NCBI GenBank assembly: GCA_963693365.1
Contig: CAVNZM010000008.1
Location: 9,180,818 to 9,244,817 of the forward strand
Direction of reading: 5' to 3'
From: Amoebidium appalachense
Taxonomy: Eukaryota > Protista > Ichthyosporea
Length of the DNA: 64,000 bases
Shown piece by piece: positions 1-54,093 of this stretch; position 1 is the stretch's first letter; every line of letters begins with the position of its first letter. The translations under genes and the position numbers were made by a program. The notes under the pieces were generated by a model, which searched no databases, was not told the DNA's origin, and saw only the letters and a list, made by a program, of their open reading frames with translations.

Positions 1-438
1 GAGAGAGAGAGAGAGAGAGAGAGAACATGCACATGTACTTCTTCTTCCTCCACCCCCTCCTCCTCCTCCTCCTCTCCGCCCCCCTACACCCACCCCCTCC
101 TCTCTCCCATGGCCTTTTGCAAATTATTGAAAGGAAGTTCACACTTTGAAGAACGAGAAAACCCATAATTTTAAAGGGAGGAACGGATCGACAAGAAGCC
201 TTACCTGCATATCTTTATTTCCTTTTCCTCTCTTTGCAGTTGCACACTGTAAGCTTCTAACTTGGCCTCCTTTGTTTTTGTTTGAAATAAAAATCGAGGC
301 AGTGATATTCATCATGCACATACAATGGTGATGTAAGCACTAGAAAAGCACAAAAGCACACATTTTGAAAGCATACACGAAAGCCTGAATCCCCCCCCCC
401 CCCCCCCCTCCCCCTGTCTGACCCCCTCCGCCCCCCCT

Positions 439-470
<32 letters not shown>

Positions 471-476
471 TTCCCC

Positions 477-507
<31 letters not shown>

Positions 508-814
508 ACACACACACATGTATGTTTTCTGCTAACAACCCCCCGAAAGTCAAAGAATGAATTGAAAAGAGAGGTGCAAACTGAAGCGTATAGGGGACAT
601 GTGCATCGACCCAAACCGTTGAAACAACAAAACAGCAAAAACGATGCCCCCCCCCCCCCCCCCCCCCCCTCTCCTCCCTCCCTCCCCCCCCCCCCCCGCC
701 CTCTCCCACTTCCCAGCCCTCCCCCTTCCCCCCTCCCCCCGGATCCTCTCCCCTCACACACCCCTCCGTACCCCACTGTACGCACACTTACTCTCGTGCT
801 TCCTCATTCCACAG

Positions 815-1904
815 ATGACGAATCTCACAGTTGCGTCTGCTAGCCTTCTGGCGTGTGTTTTGATCTTGATGTTCACGTTTTGGAGGTGGAAAAACCACCC
901 AACCACGATGTCTCCCATTCAATACTTCCCTGCGTATTTGTGCATGGCGGATACGCTTATGGCCGTGGCTTCGATAATCAAAAGTATTCCTGTTAATAGC
1001 CCAGGGCCTGTTCCCGGAGGCCACCTACCGTGTGTGATAGAGGGACCTATATGGCAAACGGCGGTTTTCAGCGGGGGTTTTACCACGGCATGGATTGCGT
1101 ATGCGCTTTTACAGACACTTACGGGACGGGGTCCAATGGGGTTTTGCGGGAAACATGAAAACTCGAGAATTTCGCACATGATCGTGTTGATGCTTTGGTT
1201 TTTGATTGTACCGTTGGTTTTGGCCATACCACCAGCATTTACAGGCCAGTACGGAGTGAATCGTACACGGTGCGGTTTAAAACACCAATTGCGAGTTCTA
1301 TCCCTTATTTACAACGTAATCATCCCGATGGCGTGTGTTGTTATTGCCGGTGTATTTCACTTATGTTCTCTCTACCTTCTCAACAAATCGCACAGGCTTC
1401 GCACTAACCGTGGTGTTTTTCAGCTGGAGTTCACGGCGTTATACAACCTTACAGGAGTTTTCGGCAAACGCCCAGAGGATTCATCAAATCTTATGTCCCA
1501 TGGGCCCCTACCGCGTATGCCCAGCCACGTTAGTTCTCATCACAACATACAACCACATGAACATATATCGGACTTGCCAATGGCGACATCTCAACAGTTA
1601 CCACACACAACTACACCCGAGTCAACCACACATGAACCCGTAGCCTTTCACACACCAACAAACACACATGATTTGACAGACACAGTGTCTTGGACATTAC
1701 ATGAGTGTGTCACGAGTGGTTTGGGATGCGGTGTGAATGCAAAGTGGAATGCAAATATGTTGAAAATTCCCACAATATCAGACGGCCGGCTGCCATCCAT
1801 TGAGCTCCCCGTCGCATCGAATGCAGACAACCAGGTAGGTGTGGTGGCCGGGGGATTGGGGTGGGTTGTGTGGGTAGGTGTGTGGGTGGGGTTGGGGTGG
1901 GGGT

Positions 1905-1946
<42 letters not shown>

Positions 1947-2343
1947 TGGAGTGTATTGTGGTGGAAACATGGGGGATGGAGTGTATTGTGGTGGAAACAT
2001 GGGGGATGGAGTGTATTGTGGTGGAAACATGAGGAGAACGGGAGGGCATGGTCAAACCTTTCATGGGAAGATCCGGGGAGAGGGGAGGGGGGGGGGAGGG
2101 GGGGGGGGGGGAGAGGGTAATTCTGGCACTAGTATGCTAGCAGGGCATGCAAGGGTGGAATGGGCAAGGGGGGAAGGGGAGGTAAAGGGAGGGCGGGGGA
2201 GGGGGCGGAAGGGGGGGGGGGGGGGGGAGGAAAGAGGGAGGGGGGTTTGGAAGGAGGAGAGGGGGTTTGATGTGGAAGAGGTGGCGATGTTTTTCTTTTC
2301 TTTTCTTTTCTTTTTTCTTTTTCTTTTTTTCTTTCTTTTTTTT

Positions 2344-2374
<31 letters not shown>

Positions 2375-3025
2375 GGGGAGGGGAGGGGGGGGGGGGAGGG
2401 AGAGGGGGGGGTAAAACATGCATTTCGTCAGGTTGGCTCATCTACATTCGGAGAAACTGGGATGAAGGACCCCAGCTCAGACACCCCCGTTAACACCCCC
2501 GTTGTGTTACCTGAGAGAAGCAGTGAAACGACCACAGCACCACCACCAAGACAATCGATTGTGCACCAAACGAACATACACGAAAAAGATATGAAAAAAC
2601 GTGCAACTGCAATTAGAAGACTGGCGATATTTTTTGTCTTTTTTGCTATTGCGTTCATTTTTCAGTGGATGCCCTATGCTCTGCACGGGGTGATATCCGT
2701 TTATTATGGCTGCACGTTTGATGCACTAGTACTGACTCAGGCAGCAACGGTAAATTCGGGGGGGCTTTTGGACGCGCTCCTTTATAGCTGCTTGTTGTTT
2801 CATAGGCGCAAAACACCGTATGGTGGGGGTCAAAAGACAAAGCATACTGAAATTTCGCATGTTGAAAATGCACCTGCACCACTGGCACTCAGTAGTGTAG
2901 TTGAAGAGTCTGAAAGAGCAAATTCACTGACAAATCCACATAATACCCCCGTGGGACCCGAAAGTGGCGGGGTTAGGGAGATTCTGAGATGCGCCGATGG
3001 GCGGCGTAGTGTAGGGTGCACGTAG
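815..3025 (+). CDS. 7TM G-protein-coupled receptor, cAMP-receptor-like (Dictyostelium CAR/Crl or fungal Git3 type); exons 815-1834 and 2432-3025, ~537 aa, possibly with further upstream exon(s)
   Basis: Phase-0 GT-AG intron (CAG|gtaggt ... tttcgtcag|GTT) joins ORFs 644..2032 and 2267..3025. Seven hydrophobic segments: ASASLLACVLILMFTFW; YLCMADTLMAVASII; C-VIEG...TTAWIAYALL; LWFLIVPLVLAIPPAF-GQYG...C; LIYNVIIPMACVVIAGVF; long loop; RRLAIFFVFFAIAFIFQWMPY; NSGGLLDALLY. The ATG follows 'ccacag', so it may be an acceptor. Confidence 0.8.
1942..2031. repeat. 30-bp tandem repeat x3 (gggggatggagtgtattgtggtggaaacat) in GPCR intron
   Basis: Three consecutive identical units read directly. Confidence 0.95.
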
Positions 3026-3236
3026 TGTTATGTATTTGATAACAACGTAAACTTAAATGGCTGCATGTTGATCGTGGGTATTTAACGACTAAGTTGATAT
3101 TTCTTGATCATTGCACACATCACGGGTTGGCAATTCCGTAAAAAGACACCATTGCCATATATGGGCAAAATCAATCCATGGGGACATCAGTGGCAGCCGG
3201 CCCAGGACGCCAGCTAACTGTGTGCCGAAAGAATGC

Positions 3237-3324
3237 CAAAAAACACCCGATAGCATAGAGTGCATGCAAAAAACACCCAATAGCATAGAGTGCATGCAAA
3301 AAACACCCAATAGCATAGAGTGCA

Positions 3325-3326
<2 letters not shown>
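3237..3326. repeat. 30-bp tandem repeat x3 (caaaaaacacccaatagcatagagtgcatg) ending at a poly(C) tract
   Basis: Three near-identical units read directly. Confidence 0.95.
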
Positions 3327-3384
<58 letters not shown>

Positions 3385-3624
3385 GCGCTGCCGCCGCGAA
3401 AAAAAAAAAAAGGCTCTCCTTTGGAGAAGTTCACGATGGTGGCAGAGGTGGGTAGAGAGGGGGAAGGGGCCCCGGGGTGGAATAAATGCTCACACAGCAC
3501 GAAGCACACACCCTTGATGGACAACACAATACAGATCTTGCACACACCACAGAGTATGCATCATAAGTAAGGCCTATCTCAGGGGAAGCCAAGTCACCCA
3601 CAACACACGGTTTTCGACCCCGAA

Positions 3625-3656
<32 letters not shown>

Positions 3657-4237
3657 GAGAGAGAGAGAGAGAGGGGGGGGGGGGGGGGAGGGGGGTAGAA
3701 TAAGAACGACACGGGTGCATCCGTGAGTGCAAAATGAGCCCCGAAAAGGCACAAAGAACGCAAATAAAATGGGGGTTTGGGGGGTGGGGGGTGGAAGAGG
3801 CATGTAGAAATTTAAATTTAAAAGGGAAGCGAAACGGACACTATCATCCCAAAACCTGACCGGGTTATTCTAGTTGAATTGTGATTCAATTTGAATTTTA
3901 TTTATTCTTCACGAAGCATTCAGAAAGAAAAGAGAGTCACAACATTCTGTGCATCCCCCCCCCCCCCCCCCCCCACAAAGTACTGCCTGCCGCTCAACAT
4001 TTGCAAAGCCTATTGGTATACCACTGCCGAAAAAATAACCAAATTTCAAGATCCTTTCTAAAGTAATTTTTTGATCAGCAAGAGCGATCTGCCAGCAGAT
4101 GGAATGCCTAATCACCCAGCACTTTCTTCACTATCATATCAACACAATAAATACCACATGCCAACTATTCACCTAAATTTCGCGCAAAACTTCTAATTTT
4201 TTCAGCGTTCTAGAATCATATTGCCTACTTGCATAGC

Positions 4238-6019
4238 CTATCCCAGCAGTTCGTGCAGTGTCTTTTCCAGCTCACCCTTGACCTCCTGGTACTTCTTGTT
4301 TTCGGCCTCGACCTCTGTTTGCAGCTTTTTGCAGCTGCGCTCCAAGTCACGCACCTGAAGTGAGTAGGCAGCAGTCAGCAAAAGTCACAAGATCCCTTCC
4401 CCCCTTTCACCGCACCGTCCAAAAAAGGGTCCACCTCACGAATCTTTTCTCTAAAGGCATAAAACATATGCGCGCGCACACACACACACACGACCCTTAC
4501 TAGAAAACAAGCCCCTCCCCCTCCCCCATCCCCCCCCCCCTTTTCCTCCCAAAAAAAAAAAGGGCACCGGGGGGGGGGGGGGGGTGAGGGGGGAGGGGGG
4601 ATGTATGAAGTTTGGCGGTTGGAAATGTGAAGGAGACACCAAAGGACAAAGCACAGAACCTCACAAAAGAGAAACCACGAAATCAAGCAATTTTAAGATG
4701 CACTAAAAAAGGAAGCGTGCAGGCAGACGACACTTGAACAGAGCCCATCGGCGAGGGGGGAAGGGGGGGGGGGGGGGGGGGGAACATAAAAACCAGTGTG
4801 CACATCCTTAAAAGAAAGAAAGAAAGAAGAAAGATAAAAGAAAAGGAGGGGAAAAAATAAGACTAGTTCTTATTACATTTCTTGCTGTAATTAAACAGGC
4901 AGAAAATAAAGGCCCACACCATCGAGAAAAGCCCCCCCCCCCCCCCCCTCCCCCTTCCCCCGGGCCCCCCCTTCCCCCCGCCGGACCATAAAACAGGAAA
5001 GAAGAACAAACTGTCTGGTCTTTGTGGTGTAGACCTACAAAAGAGAAAAAAAGTCTAAATAGAAGATCCATCCCCCCCTTCCCCCCCCCCCCCCCCCCCC
5101 CCCCTCTGCCCCGTTCCTTCCCCGCCAAAACCCGGCCCATGGATCACGAAGTGCGAAGGAAAAGGCAGAGGCTCTGCGATGGGCATGAAACACTCCAGAC
5201 TCCCTCCTCCTGTTCACCGAATGTGTTGAGGTGAATGGATGCAGGTGGGGAAGGGTGAAGGAAAGAGCACTTGCCTTACGCTCGAGCTGCTCAGCCTGAA
5301 GCTCAAGGTCGCCGCTGGCCTTCGAACCCTGTCGTGAATGGTGCAGCTGCTCTTCCGCTGTCTCCAAGTCGGCCTCAAGCCTCTTCTGCTTCTGCTCAGC
5401 TGCCGCCAGACGTGCCTCTGCTTTCTCTGCCTTGGAGTTGAAGTCCTGCAAAAAAAAAGTGTATATGCGTGGGTACAGGTAAGGGAGAAAAAAGCATAGT
5501 GAACTTTTCCGTGAACAAAAATGCTAACTATGCAATCTGAGCAGATCCGGAAGAGTTTAGTGGTCCAAACTGGATCTTACATGTTGACTGCTTTTGTGCT
5601 TTCAATGCTCCATAAAATCTTAAACGAGCGTATTCGTTCATCCTGTAAGCAAAAACTTGCTCACAAAAAACCAAGTTTAGACTTATAAGCACGCAAAGGG
5701 ATACCTTGAGCTGCCTCTCGAGTTCGTCCACCTTGCTGGTCTCGTTGCTCTTCCCCTTTCCCCGTGCGTGGCGCTCAGCGGTGTCCGCCCTGTCCTCAAG
5801 TTCCTTCAGCTTTGCTTGCAGATTTGTGTTTCTCTCCTCCGCCTTGGCCAAATCGTCTTCGAGCAGCTTGAGTTTGTTATTAAGCGACTGCAACTTTCCC
5901 TCAGCATCATGCGCTTGGTTTGTGGCTGCTTTCAGGTCGGCCTCTGCCCGTTCGGCACGCTCGGCTGCGGCCGTAGCGTCAGCCTTCAGGGTTTCCATCT
6001 TCTTCTTAATAGCCTCCAT
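4238..6019 (-). CDS. TPM: Tropomyosin, 200 aa; exons 6019-5705, 5445-5275, 4354-4238
   Basis: N-terminus MEAIKKKMETLKAD and C-terminus KYQEVKGELEKTLHELLG* resemble tropomyosin ends; proline-free heptad coiled coil throughout. Exon lengths 315+171+117 nt keep frame using a GT donor (gtatcc) and a GC donor (AAG|gcaagt). Confidence 0.88.
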
Positions 6020-7717
6020 TTTTCTAGTTTGAGGGAAACAAGCCTGGCTTGAAGTTTAGCGATGTTATGGATATATTTGATGTTTTTCAAAATGACGGAA
6101 AGAAGGCTTGCAACTCGGGCAGGCAAAAAGCTTTAGAACCGTTGAGACTTGAGTTTCGGAAAAGCGGCTGAACTTTGAAAAGTTTGAAGCTTTGCTCTAA
6201 GGCTCATAAGGGAAGCTAACTCATGACTTGTATTTAACGGATGCGCTTTAAACGAATCAAAATGCGCTTTTAATATTTGTTAATATTCTTCTTGACGGAT
6301 ATAAATTTACCATTTACATACCACCGTAGAAGTCATGCACAAAATACTGCAGTTTGGGTGGGAAAGAGACTTTTTAACCATAAAGAAGCCAGAGACAGAG
6401 CCCAAAAAAGTCTCACTATGTATACTTTCAAATAGTCTTAGTAATTTGTTTTATTGCTACAAATATACTGCATATGACCATGAATGAGCGGTTTGGATGG
6501 GGAACCTTTCATAGCTGGGCCATGTTCACGGGGCCTTCAGTGGGTCCTGATTGGTGGATTCAAAAAAGCACAAAGTACCTGCCAAAAGTGGAAAGTAGTT
6601 TCTTCGGCGCGGCCCGCCGGGCCGCCACTGCTGGCCGCCAGGCTCTCGCGTGCCATGAAAACCCGGCAACAAAACTAAGAAAGAACAGTAAAAGCTTCTG
6701 AATTAATGAACACATATAATTGTATGTGCCAACAGGCAAAACATATAAGCGTGCTATACTTAAAAAGTTTCTTTAGACATGGGCAACTTCAGCCGGACAT
6801 GCCCGCGCCCGGCAGCGGTGCCGCATGTACATGTGTGGGGGGCGGTTTACTCGCGTATGCGTATCTATCAATAAGGGTGACCTGTTACTAAATGTGGTAG
6901 AACCGGAGGTTATGGGCGGCTTTATTCTCTTTTCTACTTCTCTCACCCAGTATATCCGTTATAAAATGACCGTGTTAGATCACCTTATTAATGCTGCACA
7001 GTATGATATTGTGATACGGTGTCTTAACTTTCTCTCGGAGCTACCAATGCTAGCTTCTGCTTATCCATATTCTATACTAGGGTTGTTTTATTGCATACAG
7101 TGTACATAAGTCACTAGCTGCATTTGATTGGCTGCGCTGGAAAACGCAGTAGTGTCAAGCAAGCCTTCCCCTGACACCTGACGATGTCCGCAGCAAAAAA
7201 AAAGCAAAGTGCATAAACCCCCCATGTGCCTGTCAAGTGCCTGATTCACCTCAGATAGTATAGGGAGACGATGGCGGGAAAGAAATTGCGCAAACACAGG
7301 TACATACGCACGATGTGCAGCTCACAGGCTGCCTGCGCTTAGTGTCACACGTTGGCCAGCTAATACCTGGTTTACCCTTTTTGGAACATCAGCTGGTATA
7401 GTGAACACCACTGGAAAGAACGCTAAAGCGCGTATTTTCATCAGCGTAAAGCAGAGAAAGTTCAGTTTTAGGTAGTTACGCAGTCTGCCGGAAACCTTGT
7501 TAAGGATTTTTGCCAAAATTTGGCGTTTTTCGCACTTTTGCAAATCCACAGACCTCCCTGCTCTCCATCGGTGTTAGTACCTTGTGGCTTTTACCCTGCA
7601 TTAGGGTGAAACCTAATCGAATAAATGTAAGGCTCTCCATGGGAGACGCCGTCATGTTCTTATAGGTTTTTTCGTTACAGCAGCCGTGAGGTCTGCTGAG
7701 CTCTCCGAGTTGCAAAC

Positions 7718-49436
<41,719 letters not shown>

Positions 49437-50135
49437 TGTTGTTGCCTAAATGTGCACAGGTGTGTGTCTGAGGGGAAAAGAGGAGGGGGGGGGGGGGGGG
49501 GGGGGGGGCTACTCCGGAGGGAGGAGGGGAGAGAAGGAAAAGGGGGGGGGGGGGGGGGGGGGGAGGGGGGGAAGGGGGGATTCCACGGTGTGATTGTAGT
49601 CGGTTGTTTGCTGGCATGGCATGTGTGCCAATTGTGTCATCTTGATATGAATGTGCGAGTTTTTTTCGGGTAGATGTACCATGTTCAAGATAGTCTATCC
49701 AGCTATTTCAGCTATATGCATGGGTTTTTGCTTTTGTTTCCCATGCTTAATGTTAATGGAAGGCAGCAGAATGAATATGCGTGTATGTAGGCTTTTGCTA
49801 AACCGGTGTGTGTTTGACCTGTGTGCCTGTGTTAACGTGTACCTTTAGTAGGTAAGGTATTTGTAGTGGTGAGGTTATATAGTCAAAAGTTATGCAAGTT
49901 GGAATTTGAATTCACGTTTTGTATTTTTAAACCTGTAGTCACGTCACGTCATTCACGATCACGAAACATGAAACGGTGTATGAAAGATTTAAATGTATAT
50001 CGTAAAGCATAATCGTATTGGCAATAAACCACCTTGTTGTGTGTATCCGTGTAGTTCTGTGTGACCATCATGTATCGAGTGTAAGATTAAAAAATTAAAA
50101 ATAAAAATAAAACCATGAGTATTTTGTGATTAAAT

Positions 50136-51073
50136 GGTCTAACGATTAACCACGGCATTCCACGGTGGTGGATAAAACACCATTGCAACGAGCTGAATCA
50201 TAACAACGACCGATGGCAAAAATGGTCGTCTGTGCCATTTGATAACTGTAAGATATTCTTTTTCTAAATAAGCTCCTTGCCTTCTGTCATGGTAAATGGG
50301 CTTTCAGCATAACGGTATTCCCTAGTAGATTGTAGAGACAAATGCTGCTACACGTACGGTGCACCTTGTATGGCAATGCCTAAAAAAAGGCAGCCTCGTA
50401 TGTGGAAAATAACAATCACTTGCTCGGTGTCATTGGCGGCCACTCGGCAATATGATCGGGTGACGTGATCGTTCACGTTCATATTGACTTCAATCGGACG
50501 AGCCATCCTCCAGGCACAAAGATCCACGCACGATCCCCCCCTCCACCTCCCCACACCAACACATTCCCTCGTGTTATACCTCCCCCCCTCCCCCTCCCCC
50601 CCCCCCTCCCCCTCCCCACACCAACACATTCCCTCGTCCTATACCTCCCCCCTCTCTCTCTCCCCTCTCCCCCCCCCCCCTCCCCCACACCAACACATTC
50701 CCTCGTCCTATACGTATACCTCCCCCTCCCCCCCCCCCTCCCCCCTCCCCCTCCCCCACACCAACACAATCTCTCGTCCTATAGGAATGCTGCATTCTCT
50801 TCTCTTTCGGTCTGTGACTCTCCTTTTTTCCCACCTGTCCATATACTGTCATACACCACTACTGCGATATATCGACTGTAGTCATGACGCTCATATGCAT
50901 ATATCGTGAAGTCTGAAACACAAATTTACCATATTCAAACCCCCCCCCCCCCCACCCCCCCAACCCCTTCTCTCTTTTCCTCCTCCAACACATGAAAGCA
51001 CATGTATGTGGCATATGCAAAAGTAAACCATGTGCATGCATGCTCTAATCTTTAATGCACTAATACGGGAATA

Positions 51074-51117
<44 letters not shown>

Positions 51118-51606
51118 AGGTGGTGACGGGAGAAGTAGAAAAGTAACATCCATCTACCCACACCCACAAGCATCACGGTGGCCACCACTGCACCTTCTCC
51201 ACTTCCTGACTGTGGTCTTTGAATTTGTATGTTTATATTGTCTAACGACCCTTCAGAACCAATCCTTGTTTTTGCTAAGCTTAAGACATGAGATAGGAAA
51301 AACCCCCGAATGCCGAACGCTCTACTATTGAAAAATTTATAGTGCACGTTTTCTGCTACTTGTGTATGACATGCGATCATCTAAGATCATCAGTACCCAT
51401 ATGGCTAAACTTTTACGTGCGTGCCGGTGGCCTGCAAAGGCGGCTGGGTGGACAAAAGCCTCCTCCCCCCCCCCCCCCCCCCCCCTTTCTCCCTGGGTGC
51501 CCCCCTCCCCCCTCCCCCCCCCCCCCCCCCCCCCTCGTCCCGCCTCCTCCACACTCCCACCCACCCACCCACCCACCCACACCGGTTCACCCACACCTAG
51601 TGGCCC

Positions 51607-51655
<49 letters not shown>

Positions 51656-52230
51656 AGACACGCACAAACCGGTACCATCACCACCACCACCACCACAAAG
51701 AAAAAACATCTGCGAAAGTCTAGCTGTTCAGCCTGAGGTTGCTGCAACACTTTATATCGACAAAACGGCACCACCGCGATTCCAACCCTCTGAGTGACTG
51801 CTACTGCAGCTGGTGCAATTTGAAATAAGCAGGTCACCTCACATGCAAAACCCAAATCAGACAACAATGTGTTCATGTGATGTGTGTGTGTGTGTGCACG
51901 TGTATTGCGGGAAGGGGGGAAATGGGGGGAGGGGGGGGGGGGGAGGTGGGAGGGGTGCTTGTGCTTTTTGTCTTAGCACAGCCACCACTTATAGAACAGT
52001 AGCTTTGTTGTGTGTGCCCTGCACCGAACCTCGTGCACACCGGCCAGTGTGCACGTAAAATGTTCACTGTGCACAGAATGGGGGTGTATATGCTGGCCGA
52101 GGGGAGGGTGGGAATCTGGGGTGTGTGTGTGTGTGCCTAATGACCGGGGCAGGGAGGGAGAGAGAGGGGGGGGGTGGAAGAGTGCTCCCTTGTTGTGTTC
52201 CTCATGCAAACTTACGTGTACGCAAGTGTG

Positions 52231-52278
<48 letters not shown>

Positions 52279-52374
52279 TGTGTGTGCGTGTGCGTGTGCG
52301 TGTGCGTGTGCGTGTGCGTGTGCGTGTGCGTGTGCGCGTGCGCGCGCCGTGTGTGTGTGTGTGTGCATGTGCGT

Positions 52375-52422
<48 letters not shown>

Positions 52423-52943
52423 ATGTGTGTGTGTGTGTGTGCATGTGCATTTGTGTGTGTGTGCGCGCGCGCGTGTGTGTGTTTGTGTGTGGTAACAAGA
52501 TTGTGGAAACTGGGTGAAGCAGGCACGGAGAGGCTTACCGCACCGCGTGCACGGTGCACTATGGTGCGCGTGTGTGCCTGCATACAAAAACGACTTACAG
52601 GTTTGCGTGTGGGTGGGTTGGAGGGTGGGGGCTGGTGTTTTCTAAGGTGCATATGTGTGCACGTGTCATGAGTGGGGCTGGGGGGGCACCGTGGGCCGGG
52701 GGGGGAGGGGGGGGGGAAGAGGCGGGGGGAGGGGGGGAAGAGGGGGTGGGCAAGATGAACTTTCACGTAAAAGGTAGATATGTGCATGACACGTGCCTGC
52801 AATAGGCAGTCTATCGAGTTCGTGGAGGTAGGTGTGCATGTGCATTATGTGCATGTGCATGAGCATGTGTGTGGGCGCGCGAGTGCGTGTGTGTGTGTGT
52901 ATGTGCCCGCGCGCGCGCGCGCGCGCGCCGCGTGCGTGCGCGC

Positions 52944-53005
<62 letters not shown>

Positions 53006-53142
53006 GCGCGTGTGTTCATGTGTATGTGAAGCGCAACTGTCTGAAGCTGGGGAGGAAAGGTGGGCCACTGCAGTGGCAGCTACCGTAGGGCAGGCAAGGG
53101 AGCAAAGTGGGAGTTTGTACCCAATCAGGAATAAGAGCTGGG
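50136..53142 (-). CDS. Possible multi-exon gene of unknown function
   Basis: Islands of complex sequence between simple repeats with AG/GT borders on the minus strand, e.g. ~50508-50357 ([38 protein letters not shown]...GAP|gtacgt) splicing in phase to ~50243 ([20 protein letters not shown]...*); other islands at ~51170-51220, 51360-51430, 51710-51800, 51975-52070, 52500-52575, 53035-53140. No recognisable motif. Confidence 0.35.
50550..50782. repeat. ~60-70-bp tandem repeat x4 (ccccacaccaacacattccctcgtcctatac + C-rich tract)
   Basis: Motif recurs at ~50550, 50614, 50682, 50754. Confidence 0.9.
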
Positions 53143-53558
53143 CAAGGGGAAAGGGGGGGGCGGGGAGGGGGAATGAGTGCGTCAAGAAAATGTGTCTCCG
53201 TGTGTGTATTTGTTTCCGGGGGGAGGGGAGGCCGGTGTTATTTGTTTTTATTTGTTTAGCATAAATAGAAGGTGTGTGCGTGTGTGCGCGCGTTTCGCGC
53301 AAACGTGTGCATATGACTGTGTATACACGTTTTACCTTTTTTTCTTCTCCTTTTTTTTTTGGGGGGGGGGAGGGGGGGGGGGGAGGGGGAGGGGGTGGGG
53401 GTGGGGAGGTAAGGGGGTACAGGTGAATGGAGGGGCAAGCGGTGCTGCATGTAACGAGGGTGTGTGGTTCACGGTGTGCGCACGCGTGTAAGGGGTGGTT
53501 GTGGTGTGGTGGGAGCTTGAGGGGTTGGGGTAGGTGGGGATAAGAAGGGGAGTTGGGT

Positions 53559-53594
<36 letters not shown>

Positions 53595-54093
53595 AGGCGT
53601 GGGTGGAGGAAGAAGAAAGCGGGAAGGGGGAAAATGAGTGCGGTTTGTGATGCATGTGTGGTGGTGGTGGTGGTTGGGAGAGGGGGGAGGGGGGGGGGAG
53701 GGGGGGAGGGGGGCAACGACTGAAAACCGCCATTACTTAAAACGCATTTATTTACGTTATGTAACGAAGATTCTGGGATAAACGGTATATATATCATGTA
53801 ATGATCGTCGTATTATTTAATTTCATGCAGGTCGAGTATCATACAAACCACAAAATCTGGATTCCCATAACGTGTTCCTGTAGAGTAAAAAAACAGTTCC
53901 TATTAATATAGGGTGGAGCCGTAGGCAAACCGACATAGAACATTGAAATCTAAATCCTAATGCTAAGCTAAATATTAATATAAAAAAACGATAAAATCGA
54001 AAAAATTGCACACACCACCCCCTTTTAAAACAGCGCAGGTGCCTCACAGAGGCCACTGGGCAAATAAACACACACGAGACACGAGGGGGGTGC

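Noticed and set aside
6474-7549. Short ORFs or ncRNA between the divergent tropomyosin and GTF3C1 starts
   Set aside because: No recognisable motifs or structure; most simply a divergent promoter and 5' UTR region.
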